Assembly (NCBI GenBank): GCA_964609075.1
Contig: CAZSQP010000003.1
Coordinates: 36,907 to 100,906 of the forward strand
From: an uncultured Candidatus Saccharibacteria bacterium
Lineage (GTDB): Bacteria > Patescibacteriota > Minisyncoccia > Minisyncoccales > GWA2-38-27
DNA: 64,000 nt
Reading direction: 5' to 3'
The notes under the pieces were generated by a model that saw nothing but the letters and a program-made list of their open reading frames with translations, was not told where the DNA came from and searched no databases. The first letter of the stretch is position 1, and each line of letters begins with the position of its first letter. Made by a program: the position numbers and the translations under genes. Positions 48,407 to 57,255 of this stretch are shown here, one piece after another.

Positions 48407-50506
48407 TTATTTATTTTTATCTTTTAATAGTATAAGATCTATTTTTCCTTGATCGTTCACAGAAAGTACTTTTACTGAGACCTTATCTCCCACATTGACT
48501 ACATCTCTAACTTTGTTTACTCTTCCCGGAGCAAGTTTAGAAATGTGAATTAGTCCTTCCTGTCCCGGAAAAAGCTTCACAAAAGCCCCAAAATCCATTA
48601 TTTTAGTTACTTCTCCCTGGAAAACCTCTCCTTTTTGGACTTCCCTTGTAATGTTTTTTATTCTCTCTAATGCTTTTTCGGCTGACTCTTTCTTTTCTGC
48701 TGTGATAAAGACTCTGCCTGAATCTTCGATATCTATTTCAGCTCCAGTTTGGTCTATAATCTCGTTAATAACCTTTCCTCCAGGTCCTATTACATCTCCT
48801 ATTTTCTCAGGATTTATATCCACAGTCAGGATTTGAGGGGCATAAGGTGAAAGATTTTCTCTAGAGCTCGGAATAGTCTTTCCCATTGTTTCCAATATTG
48901 TCAGACGAGCTTTTTTAGCCCCCTCTAAGGCCTTTTCCATTATCTCCCCTGTTATACCTTCTATTTTAACATCCATTTGGACGGCTGTAACCCCTTTTTT
49001 GGTTCCAGCTACTTTAAAGTCCATATCTCCGTGGTGATCTTCTGGTCCTTGGATATCTGTTAAAAGTTTGTAATTTTCTTTATCCTGGATAAGCCCCATA
49101 GCTATTCCGGCAACAGGACTTTTAATAGGTACTCCAGCATCCATTAAAGCCAGAGAAGAGCTGGAGATAGAAGCCATAGAGGTTGATCCATTAGAAGAAA
49201 GTATTTCTGAAACAACTCTAATAGTGTAGGGAAATTGTTCAGAGTCTGGCACAATACGACGAAGAGCTTTTTCAGCCAAGCTTCCGTGCCCTATTTCTCT
49301 TCTTCCGGGTCCTCTTAAAGGTTTTGCTTCTCCTGCAGAATAAGGGGGGAAGTTGTAATGATGCATAAAGCGCTTTTTTCCTACAATTTCCATTCCCTCT
49401 AAAAGCTGGCTTTCTCCAGGAGAGCCTAAGGTTAGAATAGAAAGAGACTTGGTTTTGCCTCTGCAGAACAATCCTGATCCGTGAGCTCTTGGAACAAGCC
49501 CCGTCTGGCATTCAAGGTTTCTTACTTGATCTAATTTTCTGCCATCAGCTCTTTTATCTGATTGTATAACATTTTCATGTATTAATCTATCTGTTTCTTT
49601 ATCTAGAAGGTCAATAGAATAATTCATTTTTTCTTGGTCTTCTGGATATTTTTCTTCTAGAAAAGAAGATATTTCCTCTTTTAATTTATTTAGATCTTCA
49701 GATCTTAGCATTTTGTCTTTCTGGAAAATAGCTTTTTCTAGCTTTCCTTCAAGAAGCTTCTTTATTTCTTTTTCTAAATCAGGAAAAGAAGGAGGCTCAA
49801 AAGATACTTTTTCCTTGCCTATTTTCTTTTTAAGCTCTTCTTGAAATTCAATTATATCCTTAAGGGCTTTTTCTGCTTTAGAATAAGCTTCCATTACCGC
49901 TTTTTCTTCTACCTCTTCAAAGTCTCCTTCCATCATGTTAATAAGGAGCTTTCCTTCTTTCATGGTAGCAGCAAAAACCATATCCAGTTCATTCTCTTCT
50001 TTTTGTTCGTAAGTAGGATTAATAATGTATTGGCCGTCTTTTCTACCAACTCTGACACAACTTAAAGGTCCTCCCCAGGGGATATCTGAGATAGAGAGAG
50101 CTATAGAAGCTCCGATTAACCCTAAAAGATCGGGGTCGTTTTCTCCATCCCAGGATAGAACGGTAGCTATTACCTGAGTTTCGGCTTTAAAGCCTTCTGG
50201 AAATTGGGGCCTTATTGCTCTATCTATTAATCTAGCATTACAGACAGCTTCGTCTGAAGGCTTCCCCTCTCTTTTTATAAAGCGAGATCCTTTTATCTTA
50301 CCTGCAGCGTAATATTTTTCTTCATATTCTACTTTTAAAGGGAAAAAACCGAGATTTTCTTTGGTTTCTCCCATAACGGCTGTAACCATTACAAGAGTAT
50401 CTCCGCATCTAACAAAAATACTCCCATTAGCTTGCTCAGCTAAGTCTTTTTTTTCTACAATTATTTCTTTTCCTTCTATATTTAAGGTAAATTTTTGTTC
50501 TTTCAT
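48407..50506 (-). CDS. pnp: Polyribonucleotide nucleotidyltransferase (PNPase)
   Basis: Two RNase PH domains followed by KH and S1 domains, 699 aa. Confidence 0.9.
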   Translation of the reverse strand: MKEQKFTLNIEGKEIIVEKKDLAEQANGSIFVRCGDTLVMVTAVMGETKENLGFFPLKVEYEEKYYAAGKIKGSRFIKREGKPSDEAVCNARLIDRAIRPQFPEGFKAETQVIATVLSWDGENDPDLLGLIGASIALSISDIPWGGPLSCVRVGRKDGQYIINPTYEQKEENELDMVFAATMKEGKLLINMMEGDFEEVEEKAVMEAYSKAEKALKDIIEFQEELKKKIGKEKVSFEPPSFPDLEKEIKKLLEGKLEKAIFQKDKMLRSEDLNKLKEEISSFLEEKYPEDQEKMNYSIDLLDKETDRLIHENVIQSDKRADGRKLDQVRNLECQTGLVPRAHGSGLFCRGKTKSLSILTLGSPGESQLLEGMEIVGKKRFMHHYNFPPYSAGEAKPLRGPGRREIGHGSLAEKALRRIVPDSEQFPYTIRVVSEILSSNGSTSMASISSSSLALMDAGVPIKSPVAGIAMGLIQDKENYKLLTDIQGPEDHHGDMDFKVAGTKKGVTAVQMDVKIEGITGEIMEKALEGAKKARLTILETMGKTIPSSRENLSPYAPQILTVDINPEKIGDVIGPGGKVINEIIDQTGAEIDIEDSGRVFITAEKKESAEKALERIKNITREVQKGEVFQGEVTKIMDFGAFVKLFPGQEGLIHISKLAPGRVNKVRDVVNVGDKVSVKVLSVNDQGKIDLILLKDKNK

Positions 50507-51006
50507 TTTTTTAATAAGAATTTATTAGGTGATTTTTCTAAGTCAACGAATTCATCTGCTTCTTCTCTCAACTGAGAAGAAGAGGATCTTCCAAAAGCCA
50601 GAACTTCAACCCTTTTGCCTTGATTTTTAAGATATTCCACTAAAAGTACAAAGTCTCCGTCTCCTGAAACTAAAACTAAAGTGTCTACATTGGGAGAGAG
50701 CTTTATAGCGTCAACAGCAAGACCTACATCCCAGTCAGCTTTTTTAGCTCCTCCATAAAACTCCTGTAGATCTTTTACCCTTATTTCAATACCCAGCTTA
50801 GAAAGAGCCTCGTGAAAGGCCTTCTCTTCTCCTGTTTTTGTCCTTACAACATAAGCAAAAGCCCGGATGAGGTTCCTTTTGCTGACAGCCAGCTTTAGTA
50901 CTTCTCCGAAATTGACCCGGGCTCCGTAGAGGTTTTTAGCTGAATGGTATAGGTTCTGGACATCTATTAAAACTCCTACCCTTTGTCCGCTATGCTTTAT
51001 TACCAT
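50503..51006 (-). CDS. NYN-domain (LabA-like) predicted ribonuclease
   Basis: VGVLIDVQNLY...LVSGDGDFVLLVEYL pattern of NYN/PIN-like domains. Confidence 0.7.
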   Translation of the reverse strand: MVIKHSGQRVGVLIDVQNLYHSAKNLYGARVNFGEVLKLAVSKRNLIRAFAYVVRTKTGEEKAFHEALSKLGIEIRVKDLQEFYGGAKKADWDVGLAVDAIKLSPNVDTLVLVSGDGDFVLLVEYLKNQGKRVEVLAFGRSSSSQLREEADEFVDLEKSPNKFLLKK

Positions 51007-51273
51007 TTACTTTTTAAGCCCGATTTTTTTAACCAGGCTATTATATTTCCTTTTATCTTCCTCTTCTAGGTATTTTAAGAGCTTTCTCCTTTTAGAAACC
51101 ATTTTCAAAAGCCCCCTTTTTGAGTGAAGGTCTTTAGCGTGTTTCTTTAAATGGGAGAGAAGCCTGTTAATCTCTTCTGTCAACAGAGCTATTTGAACTT
51201 CAGCAGAACCTGTATCTTTGTCGTGAAGCTTATATTTCTCTATAATTTTGGTTTTTTCTTCTTTAGTTAACAT
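51007..51273 (-). CDS. rpsO: 30S ribosomal protein S15
   Basis: [14 protein letters not shown]...[16 protein letters not shown]. The internal Met start is preferred over the track start at 51327, which would run into the tRNA. Confidence 0.85.
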   Translation of the reverse strand: MLTKEEKTKIIEKYKLHDKDTGSAEVQIALLTEEINRLLSHLKKHAKDLHSKRGLLKMVSKRRKLLKYLEEEDKRKYNSLVKKIGLKK

Positions 51274-51318
51274 ATCTTCTTTTATTATACATTTTTTATT
51301 TAAAATAAAAAGAGGTTG

Positions 51319-51391
51319 TGCCCCCACTAGGGCTCGAACCTAGAACAAACTGCTTAAGAGGCAGCTACTCTTCCAATTGAGTTATGGGGGC
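51319..51391 (-). tRNA. tRNA-Lys (anticodon CUU)
   Basis: Manual fold: acceptor GCCCCCA/TGGGGGC, D-stem ACTC/GAGT, anticodon stem GCTGC/GCAGT with loop CT-CTT-AA, T-arm CTAGG-TTCGAGC-CCTAG, discriminator A. Confidence 0.8.
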
Positions 51392-52201
51392 GCAAGATAG
51401 TAGGTTCGTCTCTTTTTCTATTCTATAAGACGAAGAGTTGCTCTCGCACTCAATTTTCCACCAACCTTCTCTTAGTCCTGTCCAAGTGTTAACTCCAATT
51501 ACCCAGAAGAAAGCATTTACAATAAGCCAGGCAGCGTAAATAAGAATGAGGCCTATTGCTACAGACTTAAAGAGAGTTCTCGCCTTAGATAGAGTATCTG
51601 GTCCTCCTTTTCCGCTGTAAGCTAAAATAAACATAAATCCTCCTATAGCTATCATAAAAGCTGCTGCCAAAGGAACTATTCTGAAGAGAACATAGTTGAC
51701 TATTCGGGAGAACATTACAAAAAGATCGCAAAAGGTGCAAGGACATCCAGGCGTTCCACAAGGAACAAGACCTTCTGTGGGACATCCTGTTCTTCCAGAT
51801 CCAACCGTACCTATCATTCCTGTTGAAGGGGTAACTCCTTGCTCTCTAGCTGCTCTTCTTACTTCTTCTGGATCAACGCCAAAGTCTTCTTCAAACATTC
51901 TGTCTAAACCTTCGTCAATTCTCTCTGAACTAAGATAATCATCCCAGAAGTTTTCTTGTTCTTCTGGGGGAAGATCATTGAACAATTCTTCCGTATTATA
52001 CTCTTCTGGGTTTTCAAATACATCAGAAGGGATTACAGGAGTAAAGTCTTCTTCCTCGCCTGCTGGGAATTCAGTAGGAGTATCAGGATCATATCCTCCG
52101 GTATCTCCTCCGTTAACATCTCCCTCCATAAGAGAAGCATAAGCTACTCCTGCTGTTGAGAGGAGGAGGGCTATTAATAGAAATAGAAATACCTTTTTCA
52201 T
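51365..52201 (-). CDS. Secreted acidic protein with a Cys-rich segment and a C-terminal copy of the two-helix pilin-like domain
   Basis: Signal peptide. ...GCPTEGLVPCGTPGCPCTFC...TM...AYSGKGGPDTLSKAR...TM.... The 3' 27 nt overlap tRNA-Lys. Confidence 0.45.
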   Translation of the reverse strand: MKKVFLFLLIALLLSTAGVAYASLMEGDVNGGDTGGYDPDTPTEFPAGEEEDFTPVIPSDVFENPEEYNTEELFNDLPPEEQENFWDDYLSSERIDEGLDRMFEEDFGVDPEEVRRAAREQGVTPSTGMIGTVGSGRTGCPTEGLVPCGTPGCPCTFCDLFVMFSRIVNYVLFRIVPLAAAFMIAIGGFMFILAYSGKGGPDTLSKARTLFKSVAIGLILIYAAWLIVNAFFWVIGVNTWTGLREGWWKIECESNSSSYRIEKETNLLSCAPITQLEE

Positions 52202-52253
52202 ATTTTTTAATTATACTATAGATATAAAGAAAAGGGCAAGCGTACCTGCCTTT

Positions 52254-52328
52254 TTATTTCAAAGCGCTGCAGTAGTTTAAGGCTATAACAAGAAAGACGG
52301 CTATCCAAAATCCCTTTTTCCAGTTCAT
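52254..52328 (-). CDS. Possible 24-aa small hydrophobic peptide (MNWKKGFWIAVFLVIALNYCSALK)
   Basis: Strong SD (AAAGGAG) 6 nt upstream of the ATG, followed by a hairpin with a T-tract. Not in the ORF track (too short). Confidence 0.2.
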   Translation of the reverse strand: MNWKKGFWIAVFLVIALNYCSALK

Positions 52329-52392
52329 TCTTTTCTCCTTTTGAAGGTTCTAATAAGAGAATATTACCTCTTTTTTATCTTTTTGTCAATTA

Positions 52393-52416
52393 AGAGCGGC
52401 TCTTTAAAGCCGCTCT
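52393..52416 (+). terminator. Hairpin (9-bp stem AGAGCGGCT/AGCCGCTCT) with a T-rich tail on the plus strand
   Basis: Read directly; a second hairpin with 12-bp arms lies at 52426-52484. Confidence 0.35.
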
Positions 52417-52498
52417 TTGTTTTCGCCCGCGCATACTTTCCTTGTCTACCCCTTGTTGACAGAGGATACATCAGTATGCGCGGGGAAGAACCTTTTTG

Positions 52499-52571
52499 TA
52501 CCCCCGGCAGGATTCGAACCTGCATCTTATGGGCCGAAACCATACACTCTATCCAGTTGAGCTACGGGGGT
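52499..52571 (-). tRNA. tRNA-Arg (anticodon UCG)
   Basis: Manual fold: acceptor ACCCCCG/CGGGGGT, D-stem GCTC/GAGT, anticodon stem TATGG/CCATA with loop TT-TCG-GC, T-arm GCAGG-TTCGAAT-CCTGC. Confidence 0.8.
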
Positions 52572-52648
52572 AAAGCTTTTTTAATTTAGCACAAGATAGC
52601 CCTAAAATCAATTGATAAAAGGAAGATTTTAAGTTAAGCTAAACTATT

Positions 52649-54094
52649 ATGAAGATACCAAAAGAGATAAAGAGGGTTCTGGATAAAATAGAGAAAGAAG
52701 GATATGAGGCCTATTTAGTTGGAGGCTGTGTTAGAGATCTCTTCTTAAAAGAAAAACCTAAAGACTGGGATATTGCTACTGATGCTAAGCCTGATAAGAT
52801 AGAGAAAATATTTTCTAAAAGTTTTTCCAATAATAAGTTTGGTACAGTAACCGTGGTAACAGACTCTAAAGACTCTTCTTTAAAGGAAATAGAAATTACG
52901 CCCTATAGGATAGATGAAAAATATACAGATAAAAGGCATCCTGATAAGATAAGGTGGGCAGAGAAGATTGAGGATGACTTAGCCAGAAGAGATTTTACTG
53001 TGAACGCTATAGCTTTAAAAGGAAAAGAAATTATAGATCCCTTTTCAGGTCAGGAAGATATTAAGGATAGAATTATTAAAGCTGTAAGAGATCCCAAGGA
53101 GAGGTTTTCAGAAGATGCTTTAAGAATGATGAGGGCTGTAAGATTTGCCACTGTTTTAAATTTTAAGATAGAAAAGGAAACAGAAAAAGCTATAAAAGAT
53201 AACGCTCCCTGGCTCCAGGCTATATCAAAAGAAAGGATTAAAGACGAATTAATGAAGATTATAATGTCAGAAAGAGCAGCTCAGGGAATAGATCTTTTAA
53301 GGGAGCTTTCTCTTTTAGAATATATTATCCCAGAGCTTGAAGAGGGGTATGGCGTTTCTCAGAACAAGCATCATATATATAGTGTTTATGAGCATTCTGT
53401 GAGGTCTTTGGATTATGCTGCTAAACAGGGTTTTAACAAATACGTAAGGATGGCAGCTCTTTTGCATGATATAGCAAAACCAGAAGTCAAAGAAGGAGAA
53501 GGAGAAGAAGCTACTTTTTATAATCATGAGGTTGTAGGAGCTAGGATGACAGCTAAAATACTGGATAGATTGAGATTTTCTAAAAAAGATACAGAAAAAA
53601 TAGTCAGATTGGTTCGTTATCACCTCTTTTATTACAATGTAGGAGAAGTTTCAGAATCTTCTGTTAGGAGGCTGGTTAGAAAAGTTGGCTTGGAAAATAT
53701 GGACGAATTAATCCAGCTTAGAATGGCAGACAGAATAGGGTCTGGCGTGCCTAAGGCTAAACCTTACAAGCTGAGACATTTGGAGTATTTAATAGAGAAG
53801 GTAAGCAGAGACCCAATATCTGTCAAAAAACTAAAAGTTTCAGGAAGAGATGTTATGAATATATTGAAGATAAAGCCAGGTCCTAAGATAGGAGAAATGC
53901 TCGATATTCTTCTAGGTTACGTTTTGTCAGATCCTAAGAAAAATAACGAGAAGTTTTTAAAAGAAGAGATTAAGAAACTAGGAAAACTTTCAGATAAAGA
54001 GTTGAAAGTGAAGGCTTCAAAGGTTAAAAAGGAAAGGGACGAACTTGAAATAAAGAGAGACCAGATGACCAAGAAGAAATATTGGGTTAGTTAA
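52649..54094 (+). CDS. cca: CCA-adding tRNA nucleotidyltransferase with HD domain
   Basis: GGCVRDLFL...DWDIAT head domain plus the HD motif (LLHDIAKP). Confidence 0.8.
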   Translation: MKIPKEIKRVLDKIEKEGYEAYLVGGCVRDLFLKEKPKDWDIATDAKPDKIEKIFSKSFSNNKFGTVTVVTDSKDSSLKEIEITPYRIDEKYTDKRHPDKIRWAEKIEDDLARRDFTVNAIALKGKEIIDPFSGQEDIKDRIIKAVRDPKERFSEDALRMMRAVRFATVLNFKIEKETEKAIKDNAPWLQAISKERIKDELMKIIMSERAAQGIDLLRELSLLEYIIPELEEGYGVSQNKHHIYSVYEHSVRSLDYAAKQGFNKYVRMAALLHDIAKPEVKEGEGEEATFYNHEVVGARMTAKILDRLRFSKKDTEKIVRLVRYHLFYYNVGEVSESSVRRLVRKVGLENMDELIQLRMADRIGSGVPKAKPYKLRHLEYLIEKVSRDPISVKKLKVSGRDVMNILKIKPGPKIGEMLDILLGYVLSDPKKNNEKFLKEEIKKLGKLSDKELKVKASKVKKERDELEIKRDQMTKKKYWVS

Positions 54095-54095
54095 A

Positions 54096-54169
54096 CGGGC
54101 TGTGGCGCAGCGGCTTAGCGCGCAGCGTTCGGGACGCTGAGGTCGTGGGTTCAAATCCCACCAGCCCGA
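54096..54169 (+). tRNA. tRNA-Pro (anticodon CGG)
   Basis: Manual fold: acceptor CGGGCTG/CAGCCCG, D-stem GCGC/GCGC, anticodon stem CAGCG/CGCTG with loop TT-CGG-GA, T-arm GTGGG-TTCAAAT-CCCAC. Confidence 0.8.
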
Positions 54170-54177
54170 AAGTATTT

Positions 54178-54612
54178 ATGGAACAAAAAGAATCCACTAA
54201 ATTAAGAAGAGTAGAAAGCAGAATAAACAGGCATCTTTTTTTAATTTGTGCTATGGTTACGGTTTTAGTTATGATTTTCTTCTCACTGGAATTTTTTACC
54301 AGAGGTTTTTTTAAGCCAGCCAAAATAGAGCTTTTCTATCTCGGAGTATTAGTGATTTATTCGATTCATAAAGAATTATTGAGATGGCTGGGAAAAAGAA
54401 AAATAGAGCGCCAGGGAGAATATTTTGTCTATAGCTGGATAATTTTAACATCAGTTCTTTATGTAGTTAATTTTCTAGCCAACGGATATTTTTCTTATTC
54501 TGTCTCAGGAAAAGAGCTTGCTGTTTTGAGTAATATGTCTATCCTTACTGTAGAGGTTTTGGCTATCTTTATTTTCACTAGAGCTTTAAAGATAGTCAAA
54601 GCTACCCTTTAG
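54178..54612 (+). CDS. Small membrane protein (4 predicted TM helices)
   Basis: ORF in the track; the internal Met at 54178 is preferred so the CDS does not overlap tRNA-Pro. Confidence 0.4.
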   Translation: MEQKESTKLRRVESRINRHLFLICAMVTVLVMIFFSLEFFTRGFFKPAKIELFYLGVLVIYSIHKELLRWLGKRKIERQGEYFVYSWIILTSVLYVVNFLANGYFSYSVSGKELAVLSNMSILTVEVLAIFIFTRALKIVKATL

Positions 54613-54682
54613 GGCCTATAGTTTAATGGCAGAATACAGCTTTCGCATAGCTGAGATGGTGGTTCGACTCCACCTGGGTCCA
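54612..54682 (+). tRNA. tRNA-Ala (anticodon CGC), G3:U70 present, short or irregular D-arm
   Basis: Manual fold: acceptor GGGCCTA/TGGGTCC with a G3:T70 wobble pair, anticodon stem CAGCT/AGCTG with loop TT-CGC-AT, T-arm GGTGG-TTCGACT-CCACC. Confidence 0.6.
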
Positions 54683-54720
54683 CACTTTTCTTTTTAAAGA
54701 TATGTTATAGAATAAATAGT

Positions 54721-55491
54721 ATGGAAGAAAATAGTTTTCAAATAAAAGGCGCTAATCCCTTTTTCTTTAATAATGACAGTAAGATAGGAGTTCTCCTTCT
54801 TCACGGTTTTACCAGTACCCCTTTTCAGTTCAGGGAGTTAGCTAAGTATTTAACAGATAGAGGGTTAACAGTTTATGCTCCCCTTATAGCAGGACATGGA
54901 ACTTCGCCTGAAGATTTAATAGGAACTAATCCTGAAGATTGGAAGAGATCTGCAGAAAGAGCTTATTCCAAGTTAAAAGAGAAAGTGGATAAAATAATTA
55001 TTATAGGAAACTCTTTTGGAGGAAATCTGGCTTTCTATTTAGCCAAAAAGAAAGATCCTTTGGCTGTAATTTCTTTAGGGACTCCCATTAAATTAAGATT
55101 TGAATTGTTTATTAAATTAAGGCTTTATCTCTACGGTTGGGCAAAGAAGTATTACAGAAAAGCCAAAAGGCATTACAAGATAGACTATACTGATATGCAA
55201 GACGAGGTAACCTATCCTGTGATACCTATTAAAAGTTTGAGAGATTTTCTTTCTTTTTTAGAAAAGGAAACAATTCCCAATCTAGATAAAGTTAAAATAC
55301 CTACTCTGATTATTCATGCTAATACAGATTTTGTAGTAAGTCCTAAAAGCGCTACCTATATACATCAGAACATAGGGTCTTTCCATAAAGAGATATACTG
55401 GTTTGGAAGTAATCATCATGTAGTAATGAACGATGAAAAGAGAGATCAGTTATTCGAGAGGATTTACAAATTCATAGAAGAAGTTACTTAG
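54721..55491 (+). CDS. Alpha/beta-hydrolase carboxylesterase
   Basis: HGFTSTP...GHG and nucleophile elbow GNSFGG. Confidence 0.7.
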   Translation: MEENSFQIKGANPFFFNNDSKIGVLLLHGFTSTPFQFRELAKYLTDRGLTVYAPLIAGHGTSPEDLIGTNPEDWKRSAERAYSKLKEKVDKIIIIGNSFGGNLAFYLAKKKDPLAVISLGTPIKLRFELFIKLRLYLYGWAKKYYRKAKRHYKIDYTDMQDEVTYPVIPIKSLRDFLSFLEKETIPNLDKVKIPTLIIHANTDFVVSPKSATYIHQNIGSFHKEIYWFGSNHHVVMNDEKRDQLFERIYKFIEEVT

Positions 55492-55518
55492 AGGGATAAT
55501 AGTTATCCCTCTTTTTTT

Positions 55519-57255
55519 ATGAAAGAAACTCTTCCTGAAATATTTTACAAGACATCAGAGAAGTTTCCAGACAAAACAGCTTTTCGGTATAAAGAAGAGG
55601 GTATTTATTATTCTCTAAGCTATAAAGAGGCAAAAAAGATAATAGAGAGCTTTGCTATAGGTCTTCAGTCTTTAGGAATTAAAAAAGGAGATAAAATAGC
55701 TTTGTTTTCTGAAAACAGACCGGAATGGGCTTTTACAGACTTGGGAGCTCAAATAACAGGAGCTGTTTTAGTCCCTCTTCACACTACTCTTAACCCAAGG
55801 GCTATAGGAAACCTTATTAATCATTGTGAAGCTAAGATTCTAGTGGTTTCTGGCTCTGAACTTTTGAATAAGGTTTTGATAATCCAGCAGGAACTTAAAA
55901 ATATAGAGAAAATCATTTTTATAGAAGAATTGGAACAGGAGATTAAAAATATATGTAAGAAAGATATTATTGGATGGGAAGAGTTTTTAAAAGAATCAGA
56001 AGGTAAAGAATTAAAGAAGGTGGATCTAAATTTAGAAGAGATTTGTACTATCATATATACCTCAGGGACAATGGGAGAGCCAAAAGGAGTTATGCTTTCT
56101 CATAATAATTTTATCTCTGATGCTAGGGCTGTAACAGAAGTTATACCTATTTCAGAAAGAGATACCTTCTTGTCTTTTCTTCCTCTATCTCATGTTTTAG
56201 AAAGGCTGGCAGGGTACTACACCGCTATAATGCACGGCTCTACTATAGCTTATGCTGAAAGCATTAATACTTTGGCTGATAATTTAAAAGAGATAAAACC
56301 CACTATTTTAATCTCAGTTCCCAGGGTTTTTGAGAAATTTTATGATAAGGTTTGGGATAAAATAGAAGACTCTTCAAAGATGAGAAGAGAAATGTTTTTA
56401 TGGGCCTTAAAACAAAATGGCAAAAGTATTAAGAATAAAATAGCAGACCAATTGGTTTTCTCCAAAATAAGAAAACAACTTGGGGGAAGATTAAGGTTTG
56501 CAGTTTCTGGAGGAGCTTCTTTGAACAAAAGAATAGCCAAGTTTTTTCAAAAAGAAGTAGGGATTGATATTTTAGAGGGTTACGGTTTAACAGAAACCTC
56601 TCCTGTGGTTTCTGTAAATAGAGTGGAAGATGTTAGGTTGGGAACTGTAGGTAGGGCCCTTCCTGGAGTAGAAGTAAAGATTTCTCCAGAGAAGGAAATA
56701 TTAGTAAGAGGTCCTAATGTGATGAAAGGTTATTACAGAAATGAAGAATTGACAGATGAAGTCATAGACAAAGAAGGATGGTTTTATACGGGTGACTTGG
56801 GCTTTATAGACCAAGATGGCTTTTTGACTGTAATAGGAAGAAAGAAAGAACTGATTGTGACTTCTGGAGGGAAGAATGTCTGGCCAGAAGAGGTGGAAAA
56901 TGAGATTAACCATGATGCTTTTGTTTCCCAGTCTATGGTTTTGGGACATAAAAGGAAGTTTGTTTCAGCTCTAATAGTTCCTGACTGGCAGGAAGTGAAA
57001 GAGTATTTATTGGATCATAATCTTTCTGTTAAAGATCCTGATTTAATGATAAAAGATGAAAATATTGTTTCCCTTTTTGAAAAAAGAATAAAAAAGATAA
57101 ACGAACATCTTTCCCGTCCAGAACAGGTTAAAAAGTTTAAACTGCTGGATGAAGAGTTCAGTCAGAAAAAAGAAGAGCTTACTCCTACTTTAAAATTAAG
57201 AAGGCATATTATAGAGAAATACTACAGAAAAGAAATAGAAGAAATGTATTCTTAA
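55519..57255 (+). CDS. Long-chain acyl-CoA synthetase (AMP-dependent ligase)
   Basis: AMP-binding motif TSGTMGEPKGV and other adenylation-domain motifs (YGLTET, GDLG). Confidence 0.8.
   Translation: MKETLPEIFYKTSEKFPDKTAFRYKEEGIYYSLSYKEAKKIIESFAIGLQSLGIKKGDKIALFSENRPEWAFTDLGAQITGAVLVPLHTTLNPRAIGNLINHCEAKILVVSGSELLNKVLIIQQELKNIEKIIFIEELEQEIKNICKKDIIGWEEFLKESEGKELKKVDLNLEEICTIIYTSGTMGEPKGVMLSHNNFISDARAVTEVIPISERDTFLSFLPLSHVLERLAGYYTAIMHGSTIAYAESINTLADNLKEIKPTILISVPRVFEKFYDKVWDKIEDSSKMRREMFLWALKQNGKSIKNKIADQLVFSKIRKQLGGRLRFAVSGGASLNKRIAKFFQKEVGIDILEGYGLTETSPVVSVNRVEDVRLGTVGRALPGVEVKISPEKEILVRGPNVMKGYYRNEELTDEVIDKEGWFYTGDLGFIDQDGFLTVIGRKKELIVTSGGKNVWPEEVENEINHDAFVSQSMVLGHKRKFVSALIVPDWQEVKEYLLDHNLSVKDPDLMIKDENIVSLFEKRIKKINEHLSRPEQVKKFKLLDEEFSQKKEELTPTLKLRRHIIEKYYRKEIEEMYS

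Noticed and set aside
51365-52201. Treating 51365-52201 as a type IV (PilA-like) pilin
   Set aside because: There is no N-terminal class III signal (G/FTLIE) motif. The conserved module is a double-helix element resembling conjugative pilins instead, and it sits at the C-terminus in this protein.
52341-52589. ORF 52341-52589 (+, 82 aa) and ORF 54087-54323 (-, 78 aa)
   Set aside because: Both overlap well-folded tRNA genes (tRNA-Arg and tRNA-Pro) and have no RBS or conserved features; spurious.
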